A stretch of 64,000 nt of DNA from Escherichia coli 042 (GTDB lineage: Bacteria > Pseudomonadota > Gammaproteobacteria > Enterobacterales > Enterobacteriaceae), in assembly GCF_000027125.1 (NCBI RefSeq), contig NC_017626.1. One strand, 5' to 3'. Positions 46,219 to 58,455 of the stretch are shown here, one piece after another. The notes beneath the pieces are model-generated. The model saw only the letters and a list, made by a program, of their open reading frames with translations, was not told the DNA's origin and searched no databases. A program made the translations under genes and the position numbers. Numbering within the stretch: position 1 is the stretch's first letter; each line of letters starts with the position of its first letter.

Positions 46219-47637
46219 TCAGACAACTTCCTCACCGTAACGCATAGTGCTGGTACGGTTGCGCCCATCTTTCTTCGAGCGATACAGACACGTATCGGCT
46301 TCGACCATCAATTTATTAAAGTCATCGGTCAGCGTTCGGTACGATGCGCATCCACTACCGACGCCAATACTTACCGTGAGATAAAGCGTTTTTTGTTGCC
46401 AGGTGAACGGTTGCAATTCAACGCCTTTACGGATTTTTTCCGCCATTAGCAAACCATCGACAGGATTCACCGACGGCACTGCAACAGCAAATTCTTCGCC
46501 GCCCATTCGCGCCACCAGCCCCTTATCACCGACAATCTTCTGAATATGCTGGGCAAACACGCTTAACACTTTATCGCCACATTCATGTCCATAGTTATCG
46601 TTAATGCTTTTGAAATAGTCGATATCAAGCAGCATGACAGTCAGATGTTGTGTCTGTTTCAGCGATGGACTTTTCAGCGCCTCATAAAGACCGGACCGTG
46701 AGTAAACCTGAGTCAGAAAATCAAAGTCGGCTCGCAGCGCAACTTGCTTCATTAGCGAATTGATCGCTGCCACGCTAAAAGAAACCATAATTGGGCATAT
46801 CGCCATCGTGGCAATACCGAGACGTGCGGAGAACATTTGCGGAATGGAGAACGGCGAACCGACCGAGATATCAATCACTGAATTTGCCACCAGTACGATT
46901 TCCACCGCACCGGTGACAAAGGTCAACAGACATGTTACCTGCGGCGTATAGCGCACTGCACACCAGATTAATGCAGGCAGCGGGAACGCCAGACTCCCCG
47001 CTCCGCCAATGACTACCGAGGCAATAACCGACACAATAAGCGCGATAGCGGGCATCATCTGTTCTGCTTTAAAGCGCGGCAGCACTCCAGGAATTGCCAA
47101 CGTCAGCATACAAGGCACGATCAACACGCCCGTTGAGAATTGCTCACTGAACCAGTCGGCAAGCAAAGGCCAGAAATCCAGACTATCAATACTGACCGAA
47201 CCAATCGCCCCGACAATAGCGCATAATAATGCGGCAATCAGACAGTAATTAAATAGCCGTAAGGCACTTACTGGCTCATACTTATTTTTCCCCAGACGCT
47301 TATCCCGCGCGACCAGTAAGGCGACGGTAACAATAAACATCATATTGGAGAAATTGATAGCCAGTGAAACCAGCCCCCATTCGGTGGTTATGGCATCATA
47401 AACCAGCATTGCCACATAACTGATCGCATAGTAATGCAGTCGATTAAGCCAGACATAGCGGGCAAACACCCCCGCCATTACGCCATTCAGCGGCCAGAAA
47501 AGAGAAAGTTCGTGAACCAGCCGTAACTCTGCACCAATAAAATAGAACAGCGTGGTTAGCGCAAAAATAGCGATGCTATTACGTAGCAGATGACCTTCCT
47601 GGAACAAACGGAAAGTTGAAATGGGCTGTACATGCAT
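46219..47637 (-). CDS. dgcF: Membrane-anchored diguanylate cyclase DgcF (YneF)
   Basis: Multi-TM N-terminal region followed by a GGDEF domain with GGEEF active site (…RMGGEEFAV…); the start codon is not verified. Confidence 0.8.
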   Translation of the reverse strand: MHVQPISTFRLFQEGHLLRNSIAIFALTTLFYFIGAELRLVHELSLFWPLNGVMAGVFARYVWLNRLHYYAISYVAMLVYDAITTEWGLVSLAINFSNMMFIVTVALLVARDKRLGKNKYEPVSALRLFNYCLIAALLCAIVGAIGSVSIDSLDFWPLLADWFSEQFSTGVLIVPCMLTLAIPGVLPRFKAEQMMPAIALIVSVIASVVIGGAGSLAFPLPALIWCAVRYTPQVTCLLTFVTGAVEIVLVANSVIDISVGSPFSIPQMFSARLGIATMAICPIMVSFSVAAINSLMKQVALRADFDFLTQVYSRSGLYEALKSPSLKQTQHLTVMLLDIDYFKSINDNYGHECGDKVLSVFAQHIQKIVGDKGLVARMGGEEFAVAVPSVNPVDGLLMAEKIRKGVELQPFTWQQKTLYLTVSIGVGSGCASYRTLTDDFNKLMVEADTCLYRSKKDGRNRTSTMRYGEEVV

Positions 47638-47775
47638 TAATTATCTGTCCATACAATTGCGGGTGGCAATTATCTCAACGTAATAAGTAAATTCTTATAA
47701 AGGATAGCATGTTCGCTGACAGCGGCGGCAAATAAAGATATCCTGGGAATGCTATTTTATCGTTTTCCGCGATTA

Positions 47776-48135
47776 TCATGGCTGATTCATCTGTATAACC
47801 AACCAGTGATAGATTACCGCCACGATATAACGTTGTTGTTCCTCGCTTAACGAAACACCCTGCGGAATGTTATGCCACTTAGCCAGACAACCGCGACAAC
47901 AGGTTGCAGTGGCGTGCTGAGCGATAAACACCGGATGCCCGCGCATGGGGGTTTGCTTACCGTCGTTAGCCGGTAATGCCGGAGCAAGACGTTTAGCGAC
48001 AAAATCCGCCGCATGTTGTTCGATGACTGGCGCGCCTTTCTCCAGACAATACTGACGCTCTTTCACACCCAAACGAAAGCGAGAGCGAAATTTTGAACGG
48101 GATAAACGCGCGAAGAGTGGATCGAGAGACTGCAT
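47776..48135 (-). CDS. yneG: DUF4186-family protein YneG
   Basis: 119-aa ORF; its start overlaps the glsB stop. Confidence 0.8.
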   Translation of the reverse strand: MQSLDPLFARLSRSKFRSRFRLGVKERQYCLEKGAPVIEQHAADFVAKRLAPALPANDGKQTPMRGHPVFIAQHATATCCRGCLAKWHNIPQGVSLSEEQQRYIVAVIYHWLVIQMNQP

Positions 48136-49061
48136 TAATAAACCGAACGCCCTAATTGTTTCGTCAATTGTTCAAGGACAGCAATGCCCGCAAGCGAGTT
48201 ACCGGCATCATCCAGTTCCGGGCTCCAGACTGCGATGGCCATTTCATGCGGAACAATCGCCACAATACCGCCACCAACGCCAGATTTTGCCGGTAGTCCC
48301 ACCCGCCAGGCAAACTCCCCCGCGTTCTGGTACATACCACTGGTCGCCATCAGCGCATTAATTTGCCGCGCCTGCATCGGCGTCACCACGGGTTCATCAA
48401 TATGAATAGCTTTCCCCTGATTAGCCAGAAAGACAAACGTCCGGGCCAGCTCTACACAGCTCATTTTCAGAGCGCAGTAATGAAAGTAGTTTTGCAGAAC
48501 GGTTGTCACATCATGATGGAAATTGCCAAACGACTTCATCAGCCAGGCGATAGCCGCATTTCGCGCGGAATGTTCAAATTCGGAACGCGCTACCACCGTA
48601 TCGTATGAAATATCAGACACACCGCTTAAGCCGCGCACGACTTCCAGCATACGTTGCCGAGGAGCGCTTAATCGCCCTTGCAACATATCGCAGACCACCA
48701 GCGCACCGGCATTAATAAACGGATTACGCGGAATACCCTGCTCCATTTCCAGTTGCACTAAAGAATTGAACGGTGATCCAGACGGATCTTTGCCGACGCG
48801 TTGCCAGATTTCCTCTTCGGAGTAATGACGCATGGCGACAACGAGACTCAGCACTTTGGAAATAGACTGAATGGAAAAACGTTCTTGTGCATCTCCGGCC
48901 TGAAAAAGCTGTCCGTCAACTGTACAGATAGCAATGCCCAGCCGGGAACCGTCTACCGTAGCCAGCGCCGGAATATAATCCGCGACTTTACCCTGACCAA
49001 TGAGCGGCCGCACTTGCCGCAAGATGTTTTCTAAAATTGCATTATCCATGGCGACTGCCAC
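48135..49061 (-). CDS. glsB: Glutaminase 2
   Basis: 308-aa ORF of the serine-dependent glutaminase family. Confidence 0.9.
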   Translation of the reverse strand: MAVAMDNAILENILRQVRPLIGQGKVADYIPALATVDGSRLGIAICTVDGQLFQAGDAQERFSIQSISKVLSLVVAMRHYSEEEIWQRVGKDPSGSPFNSLVQLEMEQGIPRNPFINAGALVVCDMLQGRLSAPRQRMLEVVRGLSGVSDISYDTVVARSEFEHSARNAAIAWLMKSFGNFHHDVTTVLQNYFHYCALKMSCVELARTFVFLANQGKAIHIDEPVVTPMQARQINALMATSGMYQNAGEFAWRVGLPAKSGVGGGIVAIVPHEMAIAVWSPELDDAGNSLAGIAVLEQLTKQLGRSVY

Positions 49062-49124
49062 TTTCTACTCCTGGACCGCAGGTCTGAAAAGACCTGCGAG
49101 TATATCAGAGCTGAATATGTAGCG

Positions 49125-50513
49125 TCAGATCCGGTCTTTCCACACCGTCTGGATATTACAGAATTCGTGTAAGCCGAAATGGGAAAGCTCACGACCAAAG
49201 CCACTCTTCTTCACGCCACCAAAGGCCACTCGCGCGTCGCTGGCACAATAACCATTGATAAACACCCCACCGCATTCCAGACGTGCCGCCATCTGTCTGG
49301 CCTGTGTTTCGTCGGTGGTGAAAATGGTCGCTGAAAGGCCGAACTCACTATCATTAGCCAGTTCCAGCGCATGTTCTGCATCTTTCGCAATGGTGATTGC
49401 AGCAACGGGGCCAAACATTTCTTCCCGAAACGCGGTCATTTCTGGGGTAACATTCGCCAGAACCGTTGGCGGATAGTAGTTACCTGCCCCAGCCATCTTT
49501 TCCCCGCCCAGTAACAAACGCGCACCCTGCGCCAGGGTTTTCTCCACCTGATGATGCAGCTCATCACGTAAATCAAAACGAGCCATTGGTCCGAGAGTGT
49601 TCTCTTCGTCACGGGGATCGCCCATTTTCAAGGCTGCCGCAGCTGCCACAAAACGTTCGGTAAATGCCGAAGCAATTCCCTCTTCGATAATAAAGCGTTT
49701 TGCAGCTGCACAAACCTGTCCGGTATTCTGATAACGTCCGGCTACCGCCGCTTTAACCGCCAGTTCCAGATCGGCATCGTTAAGCACAATAAATGGATCC
49801 GAACCGCCCAGTTCCAGTACGCATTTTTTCAGTGCCGCTCCAGCCTGTGCGCCAATAGCCGCTCCCGCACGAACACTTCCGGTCACCGTGACAGCAGCAA
49901 TGCGCGAGTCTTTAATCATCTGACTGACGCCGTCGTTGTCGGCATTCAGCCAGCCATATACGCCTTGTGGGATACCCGCATCTTTAAACACCTGGGCAAT
50001 GAGCTGTGCACAGCCCATCACATTCGGCGCATGTTTAAGTAAGTAGCCGTTACCTGCAAGAATGATGGGAACCGCGCCACGCATCACCTGCCATAACGGA
50101 AAATTCCACGGCATAATCGCCAGAATTGTCCCCAACGGTCGATACTCAATAACTGCCTGCTGATTTTCCACCAGCGTAGGTTCCGCCTTCAGCATTGCCG
50201 GACCATGTTCTGCATACCAGTCACACAAATTCGCCGATTTCGCCACTTCAGCGCGCGCCTGGTTGATTGGTTTGCCCATTTCACGGGTGATCATTTGCGC
50301 CATTTCTTCGCTACGGACACGCAGAGCCTTACCGATATCACGCAGTTTTTCAGCACGATAATCTATATTTGTCTCGCGCCAGTCGCGAAAGCCTGCTGCC
50401 GCCAGCTGAAGTGCGTTTTCGATATCATCAGCGCCAGCCCACGGCAGCACAGAAAGTTGTTCACCGGTGGCAGGATTTATCGAAATTGCATGAGTTTCCG
50501 GAGTAATGGTCAT
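49125..50513 (-). CDS. sad: NAD(P)-dependent succinate-semialdehyde dehydrogenase Sad (YneI)
   Basis: Aldehyde dehydrogenase family; start taken at [14 protein letters not shown] (462 aa). Confidence 0.9.
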   Translation of the reverse strand: MTITPETHAISINPATGEQLSVLPWAGADDIENALQLAAAGFRDWRETNIDYRAEKLRDIGKALRVRSEEMAQMITREMGKPINQARAEVAKSANLCDWYAEHGPAMLKAEPTLVENQQAVIEYRPLGTILAIMPWNFPLWQVMRGAVPIILAGNGYLLKHAPNVMGCAQLIAQVFKDAGIPQGVYGWLNADNDGVSQMIKDSRIAAVTVTGSVRAGAAIGAQAGAALKKCVLELGGSDPFIVLNDADLELAVKAAVAGRYQNTGQVCAAAKRFIIEEGIASAFTERFVAAAAALKMGDPRDEENTLGPMARFDLRDELHHQVEKTLAQGARLLLGGEKMAGAGNYYPPTVLANVTPEMTAFREEMFGPVAAITIAKDAEHALELANDSEFGLSATIFTTDETQARQMAARLECGGVFINGYCASDARVAFGGVKKSGFGRELSHFGLHEFCNIQTVWKDRI

Positions 50514-50613
50514 CGGGGTATCTCCTTTATGAGTCATTGTATGAAGATACGCAGATTTACTCTTGCTTTAAAATGAATAATATTAAGCCACTTATTCACG
50601 AATCGAGAATATT

Positions 50614-51489
50614 ATGGATCTGACCCAACTGGAGATGTTCAACGCGGTTGCCGAAGCTGGCAGCATAACCCAGGCTGCAGCAAAAGTGCATCGCGTGCCG
50701 TCGAATCTCACTACCCGTCTACGCCAGCTGGAAACAGAACTGGGGGTTGATCTGTTTATTCGCGAGAATCAGCGTTTACGTCTCTCTCCTGCCGGGCATA
50801 ACTTTTTACGCTATAGCCAACAAATTCTCGCGTTAGTGGATGAAGCGCGGAGCGTTGTCGCTGGCGATGAGCCGCAAGGTTTATTTTCTCTTGGTTCGCT
50901 GGAAAGCACCGCTGCAGTGCGCATTCCGGCCACGCTGGCGGAATTTAAGCGTCGTTATCCCAAAATTCAGTTTTCACTTTCCACCGGCCCTTCCGGCACT
51001 ATGCTGGAAGGTGTGCTGGAGGGAAAACTGAATGCAGCGTTTATTGATGGGCCCATTAACCATACTGCCATTGACGGGATACCGGTGTACCGCGAGGAGC
51101 TGATGATCGTCACGCCACAAGGACATGCGCCAGTAACCCGCGCCAGTCAGGTTAATGGCAGTAACATTTATGCCTTCCGCGCCAATTGTTCGTATCGTCG
51201 CCACTTCGAGAGCTGGTTTCATGCTGACGGTGCCGCTCCGGGAACTATCCATGAGATGGAGTCTTATCACGGAATGTTGGCCTGTGTGGTCGCAGGAGCA
51301 GGTATTGCGCTTATTCCGCGCTCTATGCTGGAAAGTATGCCGGGGCATCACCAGGTTGAAGCGTGGCCGTTAGCTGAGCAATGGCGTTGGTTAACAACCT
51401 GGCTGGTCTGGCGTCGCGGTGCGAAAACGCGTCCGCTTGAGGCATTTATTCAACTACTGGATGTGTCTGACTCGGCAAAACAGAGTTAG
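50614..51489 (+). CDS. yneJ: LysR-family transcriptional regulator YneJ
   Basis: N-terminal LysR HTH, divergent from sad. Confidence 0.88.
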   Translation: MDLTQLEMFNAVAEAGSITQAAAKVHRVPSNLTTRLRQLETELGVDLFIRENQRLRLSPAGHNFLRYSQQILALVDEARSVVAGDEPQGLFSLGSLESTAAVRIPATLAEFKRRYPKIQFSLSTGPSGTMLEGVLEGKLNAAFIDGPINHTAIDGIPVYREELMIVTPQGHAPVTRASQVNGSNIYAFRANCSYRRHFESWFHADGAAPGTIHEMESYHGMLACVVAGAGIALIPRSMLESMPGHHQVEAWPLAEQWRWLTTWLVWRRGAKTRPLEAFIQLLDVSDSAKQS

Positions 51490-51572
51490 CAATGAGCTAT
51501 TTTTGATAGTTCTTGCGGCTAATATGCTCTATATAGTGATGCTCCGATGACTTATGACTATATGGGGCAAAT

Positions 51573-52688
51573 ATGGTTACGCCAGTAAGCATCAGCAATT
51601 ACATATCTCTTCCTTATGATTTTCCCGTTCGTAATATTGCACCTCAGGTAAAAGAAGTTTTAAAGGATTTTATTGATGCGCTAAGTACAATAATATGTGA
51701 TGAAGAGTGGCGTACGTCTTTAAACATCAGCTCAGCCACAAAAAAGATATTTAATAACCTTGATAACTTATCATATATTCAGAGAACCTCTTTCCGGGGT
51801 AACGACACGCTATACAATGAAAAAGTTCAATTTAAACTCACTTATCCTGCCAGGAATGGAAGACACAAAGAAAATATTGAATTTCAGGTAGTAATAAATT
51901 TAAGCCCTATTTATTTAGATAATTTCCGCCATGATGGGGAAATTAATATTTTTTGCGCTCCCAACCCAAAGCCTGTCACTATGGGGCGCGTATTTCAGAC
52001 TGGCGTCGAGCGTGTGCTCTTTCTGTTTCTGAATGACTTTATAGAACAATTTCCAATGATCAACCCTGGCGTTCCTATCAAAAGAGCGCATACGCCACAT
52101 ATTGAACCCCTGCATCCGGATCACCATACCGCTGCAGATTACTTACGCCAGTTTGATTTGCTTGTCCTGAATTTTATCTCTCGCGGTAATTTTGTCATAC
52201 TCCCCCGATTATGGAATAACTCTGAGGTTCACAGATGGTTCGGGAATAAAGAACCTAACTTGCTCACCGCTATTCTCGACATAACGGACAGCGAATTAAA
52301 AGAGGATTTATTGCAAAGCCTGATGGATTCACTAGGTTCTAACAAACATGTACTACCCGAAGCCTGCATCTGCTTTTTATCCCTTTTAACAGAACAAGAT
52401 TTTCCACATTTTCAGGACTTGTTTTTATTTTTCGCCAATATGTTATTGCACTATCACCAATTTATGAATCCCAATGAAAGTGATTTGATTGACGTGTTGA
52501 TGCCAGCATCATTAAGTGATGATAAAATTATCAAACATATGGCGCGCAGGACCCTCAAACTTTTTGTAAAAAATGAAACGCCGCCAAAAGTTACTCACGA
52601 AGACCTGGTGAAAAACAGGCCTCGCTCCCCTGTCAGATCACCTATACCCGCAACCGCCAAAACGCCAGACCTCCCTGAACGTCATTAA
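51573..52688 (+). CDS. yneK: Uncharacterised protein YneK
   Basis: 371-aa ORF with no motif I recognise; position matches K-12 yneK. Confidence 0.75.
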   Translation: MVTPVSISNYISLPYDFPVRNIAPQVKEVLKDFIDALSTIICDEEWRTSLNISSATKKIFNNLDNLSYIQRTSFRGNDTLYNEKVQFKLTYPARNGRHKENIEFQVVINLSPIYLDNFRHDGEINIFCAPNPKPVTMGRVFQTGVERVLFLFLNDFIEQFPMINPGVPIKRAHTPHIEPLHPDHHTAADYLRQFDLLVLNFISRGNFVILPRLWNNSEVHRWFGNKEPNLLTAILDITDSELKEDLLQSLMDSLGSNKHVLPEACICFLSLLTEQDFPHFQDLFLFFANMLLHYHQFMNPNESDLIDVLMPASLSDDKIIKHMARRTLKLFVKNETPPKVTHEDLVKNRPRSPVRSPIPATAKTPDLPERH

Positions 52689-52837
52689 ACCGTGATGTTA
52701 CCGACTCTCTGACGCGGAACAGAATCAGCGTCAGAGAAACGGAAAACGCGATCCAGATCACAAATGCATTGTATTCACATCATTAACCGTTTTAAGATCA
52801 TTTCATCACTTTTTCGCAACTCACCCGATAATCTGTT

Positions 52838-54028
52838 ATGACAACAAACACTGTTTCCCGCAAAGTGGCGTGGCTACGGGTCGTTACGCTGGCAGTCGCC
52901 GCCTTCATCTTCAACACCACCGAATTTGTCCCTGTTGGCCTGCTCTCTGACATTGCGCAAAGTTTTCACATGCAAACCGCTCAGGTCGGCATCATGTTGA
53001 CGATTTATGCATGGGTAGTGGCGCTAATGTCATTGCCTTTTATGTTAATGACCAGTCAGGTTGAACGGCGCAAATTACTGATCTGCCTGTTTGTGGTGTT
53101 TATTGCCAGCCACGTACTGTCGTTTTTGTCGTGGAGCTTTACCGTTCTGGTGATCAGTCGCATTGGTGTGGCTTTTGCACATGCGATTTTCTGGTCGATT
53201 ACGGCGTCTCTGGCGATCCGTATGGCTCCGGCCGGGAAGCGAGCGCAGGCATTGAGTTTAATTGCCACCGGTACAGCACTGGCAATGGTATTAGGTTTAC
53301 CTCTCGGGCGCATTGTGGGGCAGTATTTTGGCTGGCGAATGACCTTCTTCGCGATTGGTATCGGGGCGTTTATTACCCTTTTGTGCCTGATTAAGTTACT
53401 TCCCTTACTGCCCAGTGAGCATTCCGGTTCGCTGAAAAGCCTACCGCTATTATTCCGCCGCCCGGCATTGATGAGCATTTATTTGTTAACTGTGGTGGTT
53501 GTCACCGCCCATTACACGGCATACAGCTATATCGAGCCTTTTGTGCAAAACATTGCGGGATTCAGCGCCAACTTTGCCACGGCATTACTGTTATTACTCG
53601 GTGGTGCGGGCATTATTGGCAGCGTGATTTTCGGTAAACTGGGTAATCAGTATGCGTCTGCGTTGGTAAGTACGGCGATTGCGCTGTTGCTGGTGTGCCT
53701 GGCACTGCTGCTACCTGCGGCGAACAGTGAAATACACCTCGGGGTGCTGAGTATTTTCTGGGGGATAGCGATGATGATCATCGGGCTTGGTATGCAGGTT
53801 AAAGTGCTGGCGCTGGCACCAGATGCTACCGACGTCGCGATGGCGCTATTCTCTGGGATATTTAATATTGGAATCGGCGCGGGTGCGTTGGTAGGTAATC
53901 AGGTCAGTCTGCACTGGTCAATGTCGATGATTGGTTATGTGGGCGCGGTGCCTGCTTTTGCCGCGTTAATATGGTCAATCATCATTTTCCGCCGCTGGCC
54001 AGTGACACTCGAAGAACAGACGCAATAG
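52838..54028 (+). CDS. ydeA: MFS sugar (arabinose) efflux transporter YdeA
   Basis: 396 aa, 12-TM MFS. Confidence 0.9.
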   Translation: MTTNTVSRKVAWLRVVTLAVAAFIFNTTEFVPVGLLSDIAQSFHMQTAQVGIMLTIYAWVVALMSLPFMLMTSQVERRKLLICLFVVFIASHVLSFLSWSFTVLVISRIGVAFAHAIFWSITASLAIRMAPAGKRAQALSLIATGTALAMVLGLPLGRIVGQYFGWRMTFFAIGIGAFITLLCLIKLLPLLPSEHSGSLKSLPLLFRRPALMSIYLLTVVVVTAHYTAYSYIEPFVQNIAGFSANFATALLLLLGGAGIIGSVIFGKLGNQYASALVSTAIALLLVCLALLLPAANSEIHLGVLSIFWGIAMMIIGLGMQVKVLALAPDATDVAMALFSGIFNIGIGAGALVGNQVSLHWSMSMIGYVGAVPAFAALIWSIIIFRRWPVTLEEQTQ

Positions 54029-54030
54029 TT

Positions 54031-54055
54031 GAAAGGCCCATTCGGGCCTTTTTTA
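54031..54055. terminator. Bidirectional intrinsic terminator between convergent ydeA and marC
   Basis: aaaggccc-attc-gggccttt hairpin followed by tttt; sits between the two stop codons. Confidence 0.75.
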
Positions 54056-54718
54056 GTGGTACGTTTTAATGATTTCCAGGATGCCGTTAATAATAAACTG
54101 CACCCCCATACATACCAGCAGGAATCCCATCAGACGGGAGATCGCTTCAATGCCCCCCTTACCCACCAGCCGCATAATTGCGCCAGAGCTGCGTAGACTT
54201 CCCCACAAAATAACCGCCACCAGGAAAAAGATCAGCGGCGGCGCAACCATCAGTACCCAATCAGCAAAGGTTGAACTCTGACGCACTGTGGACGCCGAGC
54301 TAATAATCATCGCTATGGTTCCCGGACCGGCGGTACTTGGCATTGCCAGTGGTACAAAAGCAATATTGGCGCTGGGTTCATCTTCCAGCTCTTCCGACTT
54401 GCTTTTCGCTTCCGGTGAATCAATTGCTTTCTGTTGCGGAAAGAGCATTCGAAAACCGATAAACGCGACGATTAAGCCGCCTGCAATTCGCAGACCGGGA
54501 ATCGAAATGCCAAATGTATCCATCACCAGTTGCCCGGCGTAATACGCCACCATCATGATGGCAAAGACGTACACCGAGGCCATCAACGACTGACGATTAC
54601 GTTCGGCACTGTTCATGTTGCCTGCCAGGCCAAGAAATAACGCGACAGTTGTTAATGGGTTAGCTAACGGTAGTAACACCACCAGCCCCAGGCCAATTGC
54701 TTTAAATAAATCTAACAT
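54053..54718 (-). CDS. marC: Inner-membrane protein MarC (UPF0056)
   Basis: 221-aa polytopic ORF, divergent from marRAB. Confidence 0.9.
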   Translation of the reverse strand: MLDLFKAIGLGLVVLLPLANPLTTVALFLGLAGNMNSAERNRQSLMASVYVFAIMMVAYYAGQLVMDTFGISIPGLRIAGGLIVAFIGFRMLFPQQKAIDSPEAKSKSEELEDEPSANIAFVPLAMPSTAGPGTIAMIISSASTVRQSSTFADWVLMVAPPLIFFLVAVILWGSLRSSGAIMRLVGKGGIEAISRLMGFLLVCMGVQFIINGILEIIKTYH

Positions 54719-54830
54719 TGGTGGTTGTTATCCTGTGTATCTGGGTTATCAGCGAAAAGTATAAGGGGTAAACAACGATAAAGTGTCACTCTTTAGCTAG
54801 CCTTGCATCGCACTGACCAAAACTTGAACC

Positions 54831-54850
54831 GATTTAGCAAAACGTGGCAT
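54831..54850. promoter_or_regulatory. marbox (MarA/SoxS/Rob activator site) of the marRAB promoter
   Basis: GATTTAGCAAAACGTGGCAT upstream of the -35, recalled as the marbox of marO. Confidence 0.6.
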
Positions 54851-54866
54851 CGGTCAATTCATTCAT

Positions 54867-54924
54867 TTGACTTATACTTGCCTGGGCAATATTATCCCCT
54901 GCAACTAATTACTTGCCAGGGCAA
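54867..54924 (+). promoter_or_regulatory. marRAB promoter and MarR operator sites I and II (marO)
   Basis: -35 TTGACT (54867..54872), 17-bp spacer, -10 TATTAT (54890..54895); two palindromes TTGCC-N2-GGCAA at 54878..54889 and 54913..54924. Confidence 0.8.
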
Positions 54925-54929
54925 CTAAT

Positions 54930-55364
54930 GTGAAAAGTACCAGCGATCTGTTCAATGAAATTATTCCATTGGGTCGCTTAATCCATATGGTTAATCAGAA
55001 GAAAGATCGCCTGCTTAACGAGTATCTGTCTCCGCTGGATATTACCGCGGCACAGTTTAAGGTGCTCTGCTCTATCCGCTGCGCGGCGTGTATTACTCCG
55101 GTTGAACTGAAAAAAGTGTTATCGGTCGACCTGGGGGCGCTGACCCGTATGCTGGATCGCCTGGTCTGTAAAGGCTGGGTGGAAAGGTTGCCGAACCCGA
55201 ATGACAAGCGCGGCGTACTGGTAAAACTTACCACCAGCGGCGCGGCAATATGTGAACAATGCCATCAATTAGTTGGCCAGGACCTGCACCAAGAATTAAC
55301 AAAAAACCTGACGGCGGACGAAGTGGCAACACTTGAGCATTTGCTTAAGAAAGTCCTGCCGTAA
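54930..55364 (+). CDS. marR: Multiple antibiotic resistance repressor MarR
   Basis: 144 aa, GTG start at 54930, winged-helix MarR family. Confidence 0.92.
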
Positions 55365-55383
55365 ACAAAAAAGAGGTATGACG

Positions 55384-55767
55384 ATGTCCAGACGCAATAC
55401 TGACGCTATTACCATTCATAGCATTTTGGACTGGATCGAGGACAACCTGGAATCGCCACTGTCACTGGAGAAAGTGTCAGAGCGTTCGGGTTACTCTAAA
55501 TGGCACCTGCAACGGATGTTTAAAAAAGAAACCGGTCATTCATTAGGCCAATACATCCGCAGCCGTAAGATGACGGAAATCGCGCAAAAGCTGAAGGAAA
55601 GTAACGAGCCGATACTCTATCTGGCAGAACGATATGGCTTCGAGTCGCAACAAACTCTGACCCGAACCTTCAAAAATTACTTTGATGTTCCGCCGCATAA
55701 ATACCGGATGACCAATATGCAGGGCGAATCGCGCTTTTTACATCCATTAAATCATTACAACAGCTAG
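55384..55767 (+). CDS. marA: AraC/XylS-family activator MarA
   Basis: Start taken at [13 protein letters not shown] with AGAGG 7 nt upstream; an ATG two codons earlier (55378) is an alternative. Confidence 0.9.
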
Positions 55768-55798
55768 TTGATAACGTGACAACGTCACTGAGGCAATC

Positions 55799-56017
55799 AT
55801 GAAACCACTTTTATCCGCAATTGCAGCTGCGCTTATTCTCTTTTCCGCGCAGGGCGTTGCGGAACAAACCACGCAGCAGGTTGTTACTTCCTGTGCCAAT
55901 GTCGTGGTTGTTCCCCCATCGCATGAACAACCACCGTTTGATTTAAATCACATGGGTACTGGCAGTGATAAGTCGGATGCGCTCGGCGTGCCCTATTATA
56001 ATCAACACGCTATGTAG
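55799..56017 (+). CDS. marB: MarB periplasmic protein
   Basis: 72 aa with signal peptide. Confidence 0.88.
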   Translation: MKPLLSAIAAALILFSAQGVAEQTTQQVVTSCANVVVVPPSHEQPPFDLNHMGTGSDKSDALGVPYYNQHAM

Positions 56018-56026
56018 TTTGTTCTG

Positions 56027-56050
56027 GCCCCGACATATCGGGGCTTATTA
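56027..56050 (+). terminator. Intrinsic terminator of marRAB
   Basis: gccccga-cata-tcggggc hairpin followed by ttatta; overlaps the convergent eamA stop. Confidence 0.65.
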
Positions 56051-56947
56051 ACTTCCCACTTTTACCGCTTTACGCCACCGCAAGCCAAATACATTGATAT
56101 ACAGCCCGGTCATAATGAGCACCGCACCGAAAAATTGCAGACCCGTTAAGCGTTCATCCAGCAATAGTGCCGCACTTGCCAGTCCTACTACGGGCACCAG
56201 TAACGATAACGGTGCAACCCGCCAGGTTTCATAGCGTCCCAGTAACGTCCCCCAGATCCCATAACCAACAATTGTCGCCACAAACGCCAGATACATCAGA
56301 GACAAGATGGTGGTCATATCGATAGTGACCAGACTGTGAATCATGGTTGCGGAACCATCGAGAATCAGCGAGGCAACAAAGAAGGGAATGATTGGGATTA
56401 ATGCGCTCCAGATTACCAGCGACATCACCGCCGGACGCGTTGAGTGCGACATGATCTTTTTATTGAAGATGTTGCCACACGCCCAACTAAATGCTGCCGC
56501 CAGGGTCAACATAAAGCCGAGCATCGCCACATGCTGACCGTTCAGACTATCTTCGATTAACACCAGTACGCCAAAAATCGCTAAGGCGATCCCCGCCAAT
56601 TGTTTGCCATGCAGTCGCTCACCGAAAGTAAACGCGCCAAGCACGATAGTAAAAAACGCCTGTGCCTGTAACACCAACGAAGCCAGACCAGCAGGCATAC
56701 CGAAGTTAATGGCACAAAAAAGAAAAGCAAACTGCGCAAAACTGATGGTTAATCCATACCCCAGCAGCAAATTCAGTGGTACTTTCGGTCGTGCGACAAA
56801 AAAGATAGCCGGAAAAGCAACCAGCATAAAGCGCAAACCGGCCAGCATCAGCGGTGGCATGTTATGAAGCCCCACTTTGATGACCACAAAATTTAGCCCC
56901 CATACGACCACTACCAGTAGCGCCAACACCCCATCTTTTCGCGACAT
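56048..56947 (-). CDS. eamA: Cysteine/O-acetylserine exporter EamA (YdeD)
   Basis: DMT-family 10-TM protein; start taken at MSRKDGVLALL (299 aa). Confidence 0.88.
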   Translation of the reverse strand: MSRKDGVLALLVVVVWGLNFVVIKVGLHNMPPLMLAGLRFMLVAFPAIFFVARPKVPLNLLLGYGLTISFAQFAFLFCAINFGMPAGLASLVLQAQAFFTIVLGAFTFGERLHGKQLAGIALAIFGVLVLIEDSLNGQHVAMLGFMLTLAAAFSWACGNIFNKKIMSHSTRPAVMSLVIWSALIPIIPFFVASLILDGSATMIHSLVTIDMTTILSLMYLAFVATIVGYGIWGTLLGRYETWRVAPLSLLVPVVGLASAALLLDERLTGLQFFGAVLIMTGLYINVFGLRWRKAVKVGS

Positions 56948-57141
56948 TCTACCGCCTCTGAATTTCATCTTTTGTAAGCAATCAACTTAGCTGAATTTAC
57001 TTTTCTTTAACAGTTGATTCGTTAGTCACCCTTTACGACGGCATTAATGCGCAAATAAGTCGCTATACTTCGGATTTTTGCCATGCTATTTCTTTACATC
57101 TCTAAAACAAAACATAACGAAACGCACTGCCGGACAGACAA

Positions 57142-58329
57142 ATGAACTTATCCCTACGACGCTCTACCAGCGCCCTTCTTGCCTCGTCGTTGTTATTAAC
57201 CATCGGACGCGGCGCTACGCTGCCGTTTATGACCATTTACTTGAGTCGCCAGTACAGCCTGAGTGTCGATCTAATCGGTTATGCGATGACAATTGCGCTC
57301 ACTATTGGCGTCGTTTTTAGCCTCGGTTTTGGTATCCTGGCGGATAAGTTCGACAAGAAACGCTATATGTTACTGGCAATTACCGCCTTCGCCTGCGGTT
57401 TTATTGCCATTCCTTTAGTGAATAACGTGACGCTGGTGGTGCTCTTTTTTGCCCTCATTAACTGCGCCTATTCCGTTTTTGCTACTGTGTTGAAAGCCTG
57501 GTTTGCCGACAATCTTTCGTCCACCAGCAAAACGAAAATCTTCTCAATCAACTACACCATGCTCAACATTGGCTGGACCATCGGTCCGCCGCTCGGCACG
57601 CTGTTGGTGATGCAGAGCATCAATCTGCCCTTTTGGCTGGCAGCTATCTGTTCCGCGTTTCCCATGCTTTTCATTCAAATTTGGGTAAAGCGCAGCGAGA
57701 AAATCATCGCCACGGAAACAGCCAGTGCCTGGTCGCCGAAAGTTTTATTACAAGATAAAGCACTGTTGTGGTTTACCTGCTCTGGCTTTCTGGCTTCTTT
57801 TGTTAGCGGCGCATTTGCTTCATGCATTTCACAATATGTGATGGTGATTGCTGATGGGGATTTTGCCGAAAAGGTGGTCGCGGTTGTTCTTCCAGTGAAT
57901 GCTGCCATGGTAGTTACGTTGCAATATTCCGTGGGCCGGCGACTTAACCCGGCTAACATCCGCACGCTGATGACAGCAGGCACCCTCTGTTTCGTCATCG
58001 GTCTGGTCGGTTTTATTTTTTCCGGCAACAGCCTGCTATTGTGGGGTATGTCAGCTGCGGTATTTACTGTCGGTGAAATCATTTATGCGCCGGGCGAGTA
58101 TATGTTGATTGACCATATTGCGCCGCCAGGAATGAAAGCCAGCTATTTTTCCGCTCAGTCTTTAGGCTGGCTTGGTGCGGCGATTAACCCATTAGTGAGT
58201 GGCATAGTGCTAACCAACCTGCCGCCTTCCTCGCTGTTTATCATCTTAGCGTTGGTGATCATTGCTGCGTGGGTGCTGATGTTAAAAGGAATTCGTGCAA
58301 GACCGTGGGGGCAGCCCGCGCTTTGTTGA
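57142..58329 (+). CDS. ydeE: MFS dipeptide exporter YdeE
   Basis: 395 aa MFS. Confidence 0.88.
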   Translation: MNLSLRRSTSALLASSLLLTIGRGATLPFMTIYLSRQYSLSVDLIGYAMTIALTIGVVFSLGFGILADKFDKKRYMLLAITAFACGFIAIPLVNNVTLVVLFFALINCAYSVFATVLKAWFADNLSSTSKTKIFSINYTMLNIGWTIGPPLGTLLVMQSINLPFWLAAICSAFPMLFIQIWVKRSEKIIATETASAWSPKVLLQDKALLWFTCSGFLASFVSGAFASCISQYVMVIADGDFAEKVVAVVLPVNAAMVVTLQYSVGRRLNPANIRTLMTAGTLCFVIGLVGFIFSGNSLLLWGMSAAVFTVGEIIYAPGEYMLIDHIAPPGMKASYFSAQSLGWLGAAINPLVSGIVLTNLPPSSLFIILALVIIAAWVLMLKGIRARPWGQPALC

Positions 58330-58455
58330 TTTAAGTCGAACACAATAAAAATTTAATTCAGCCTTCGTTTAGGTTACCTCTGCTAATATCTTTCTCATTG
58401 AGATGAAAATTAAGGTAAGCGAGGAAACACACCACACCATAAACGGAGGCAAATA

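Noticed and set aside
46219-47637. Possibility that the dgcF ORF is over-extended at its 5' end
   Set aside because: The full 472-aa frame is a coherent multi-TM sensor plus GGDEF architecture, so I kept the long ORF, but the start codon is unverified.
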